This document shows positions 63,233-64,000 of a stretch of DNA of 64,000 nt, piece by piece (position 1 is the first letter of the stretch; every line of letters starts with the position of its first letter). A model generated the notes under the pieces. That model worked only from the letters and a program-made list of their open reading frames with translations, ran no database searches and was not told the DNA's origin. The stretch comes from Bispira polyomma (lineage: Eukaryota), in contig OZ287750.1 of NCBI GenBank assembly GCA_965649765.1, positions 69,378,001 through 69,442,000 on the forward strand, given 5' to 3'. The translations under genes were made by a program, and so were the position numbers.

Positions 63233-64000
63233 TGTTGAAGTTGTTAAAAAATCCAGTGAACAGTAGAATGAAATTCGAATAATGAGGAAAATATATACGA
63301 TCCCTCCTATATATAGTCCCAGAAACGGCTGCAAAAATGTACCTTGAATAAGTGAAATGTCCCAGATGTATTCAATGCGTGAGAAACGCTTGCATTAGGA
63401 AGGCGGCTGAAGCATAATAAACGCATCCTAAACGTTGTAAGCGGAATCAAAACATAAGGGAAACGTGTGTAATACTTGACCGAAACATATGAAACGTTTC
63501 CAAACATAAATACCGGGAGTCGCAAGCATGATTCAAACAGCAGCTAAAAAGCACATTCCATGCGTGGCAATATACGGAAGAAACAGGAAGAAAACAGATT
63601 AAGCGTACCCAAAGCGTAATAGAAGCGGATTGGACGCAATTTTTGGCTTACGCTCGTTTATGCTCAAAATATTCACTTTGTTTACTTGTGTTTCCTCACG
63701 TTTACGTAATTTAAACGTAAGTGAAGCAAACTCAGTGTGACTACAGCATAAAGTTGGGATGACCCATCTTAAGATAGGCTACCAAACTTAAGATCTTAAG
63801 TTTGGCTATAGCGCATCTTAAGATTGGCCAAATCGAAAGTTGGGCTCTAACATTAACATTTCATTTAAATCAACTTCCTTTTACACACAAGAACAATATT
63901 TTTTCTTCGATTCTGGTAACACAATTTACCAGTTTTTTTAAAGACATTTCTTGTTTACCATATTGACCTTTTGTCCAAATTTCTGAAAAATTGTCAATTT

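Larger units (their letters stand above)
54244..63748. mobile_element. Large (~9.5 kb) PIF/Harbinger element C
   Basis: TIRs AGTCGTGGTCACACTGAG / TGCTGTAGTCACACTGAG, TTA/TAA flanks, convergent Myb-like (+) and transposase (-) genes. Confidence 0.85.

Overview
AT-rich, intron-containing animal genomic DNA, probably a mollusc or other lophotrochozoan judging from the SINE/LINE types (inference). There are two host genes. One is a two-coding-exon cholinesterase (AChE/BChE family, minus strand, 3098-9230). The other is a PhyH-family Fe(II)/2-oxoglutarate dioxygenase (plus strand, 7 exons from 48274; no 3' end found in the window). Most of the rest is a dense, nested transposon landscape: tRNA-derived SINEs, several L2/CR1-group LINE copies (two forming a ~1.1 kb inverted pair), a nearly full-length I-group LINE with RNase H, a Bel/Pao LTR element with TSD and tRNA-iMet PBS, MITEs, and three decayed PIF/Harbinger elements. 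The most striking observation is a perfect replication-dependent histone mRNA 3' stem-loop (GGCCCTTTTCAGGGCC-ACCCA), plus a decayed tandem copy, on the sense strand 20-50 nt after a Harbinger transposase stop codon. This suggests a DNA transposon that borrowed histone 3'-end (SLBP/U7, S-phase) regulation. Also notable are a ~9.5 kb Harbinger with extra cargo ORF remnants (one chromodomain-like), extra tRNA-iMet-matching boxes in the Pao LTR, and a pseudoknot-like 5' leader on the I element. All calls were made by eye; no database searches were run.
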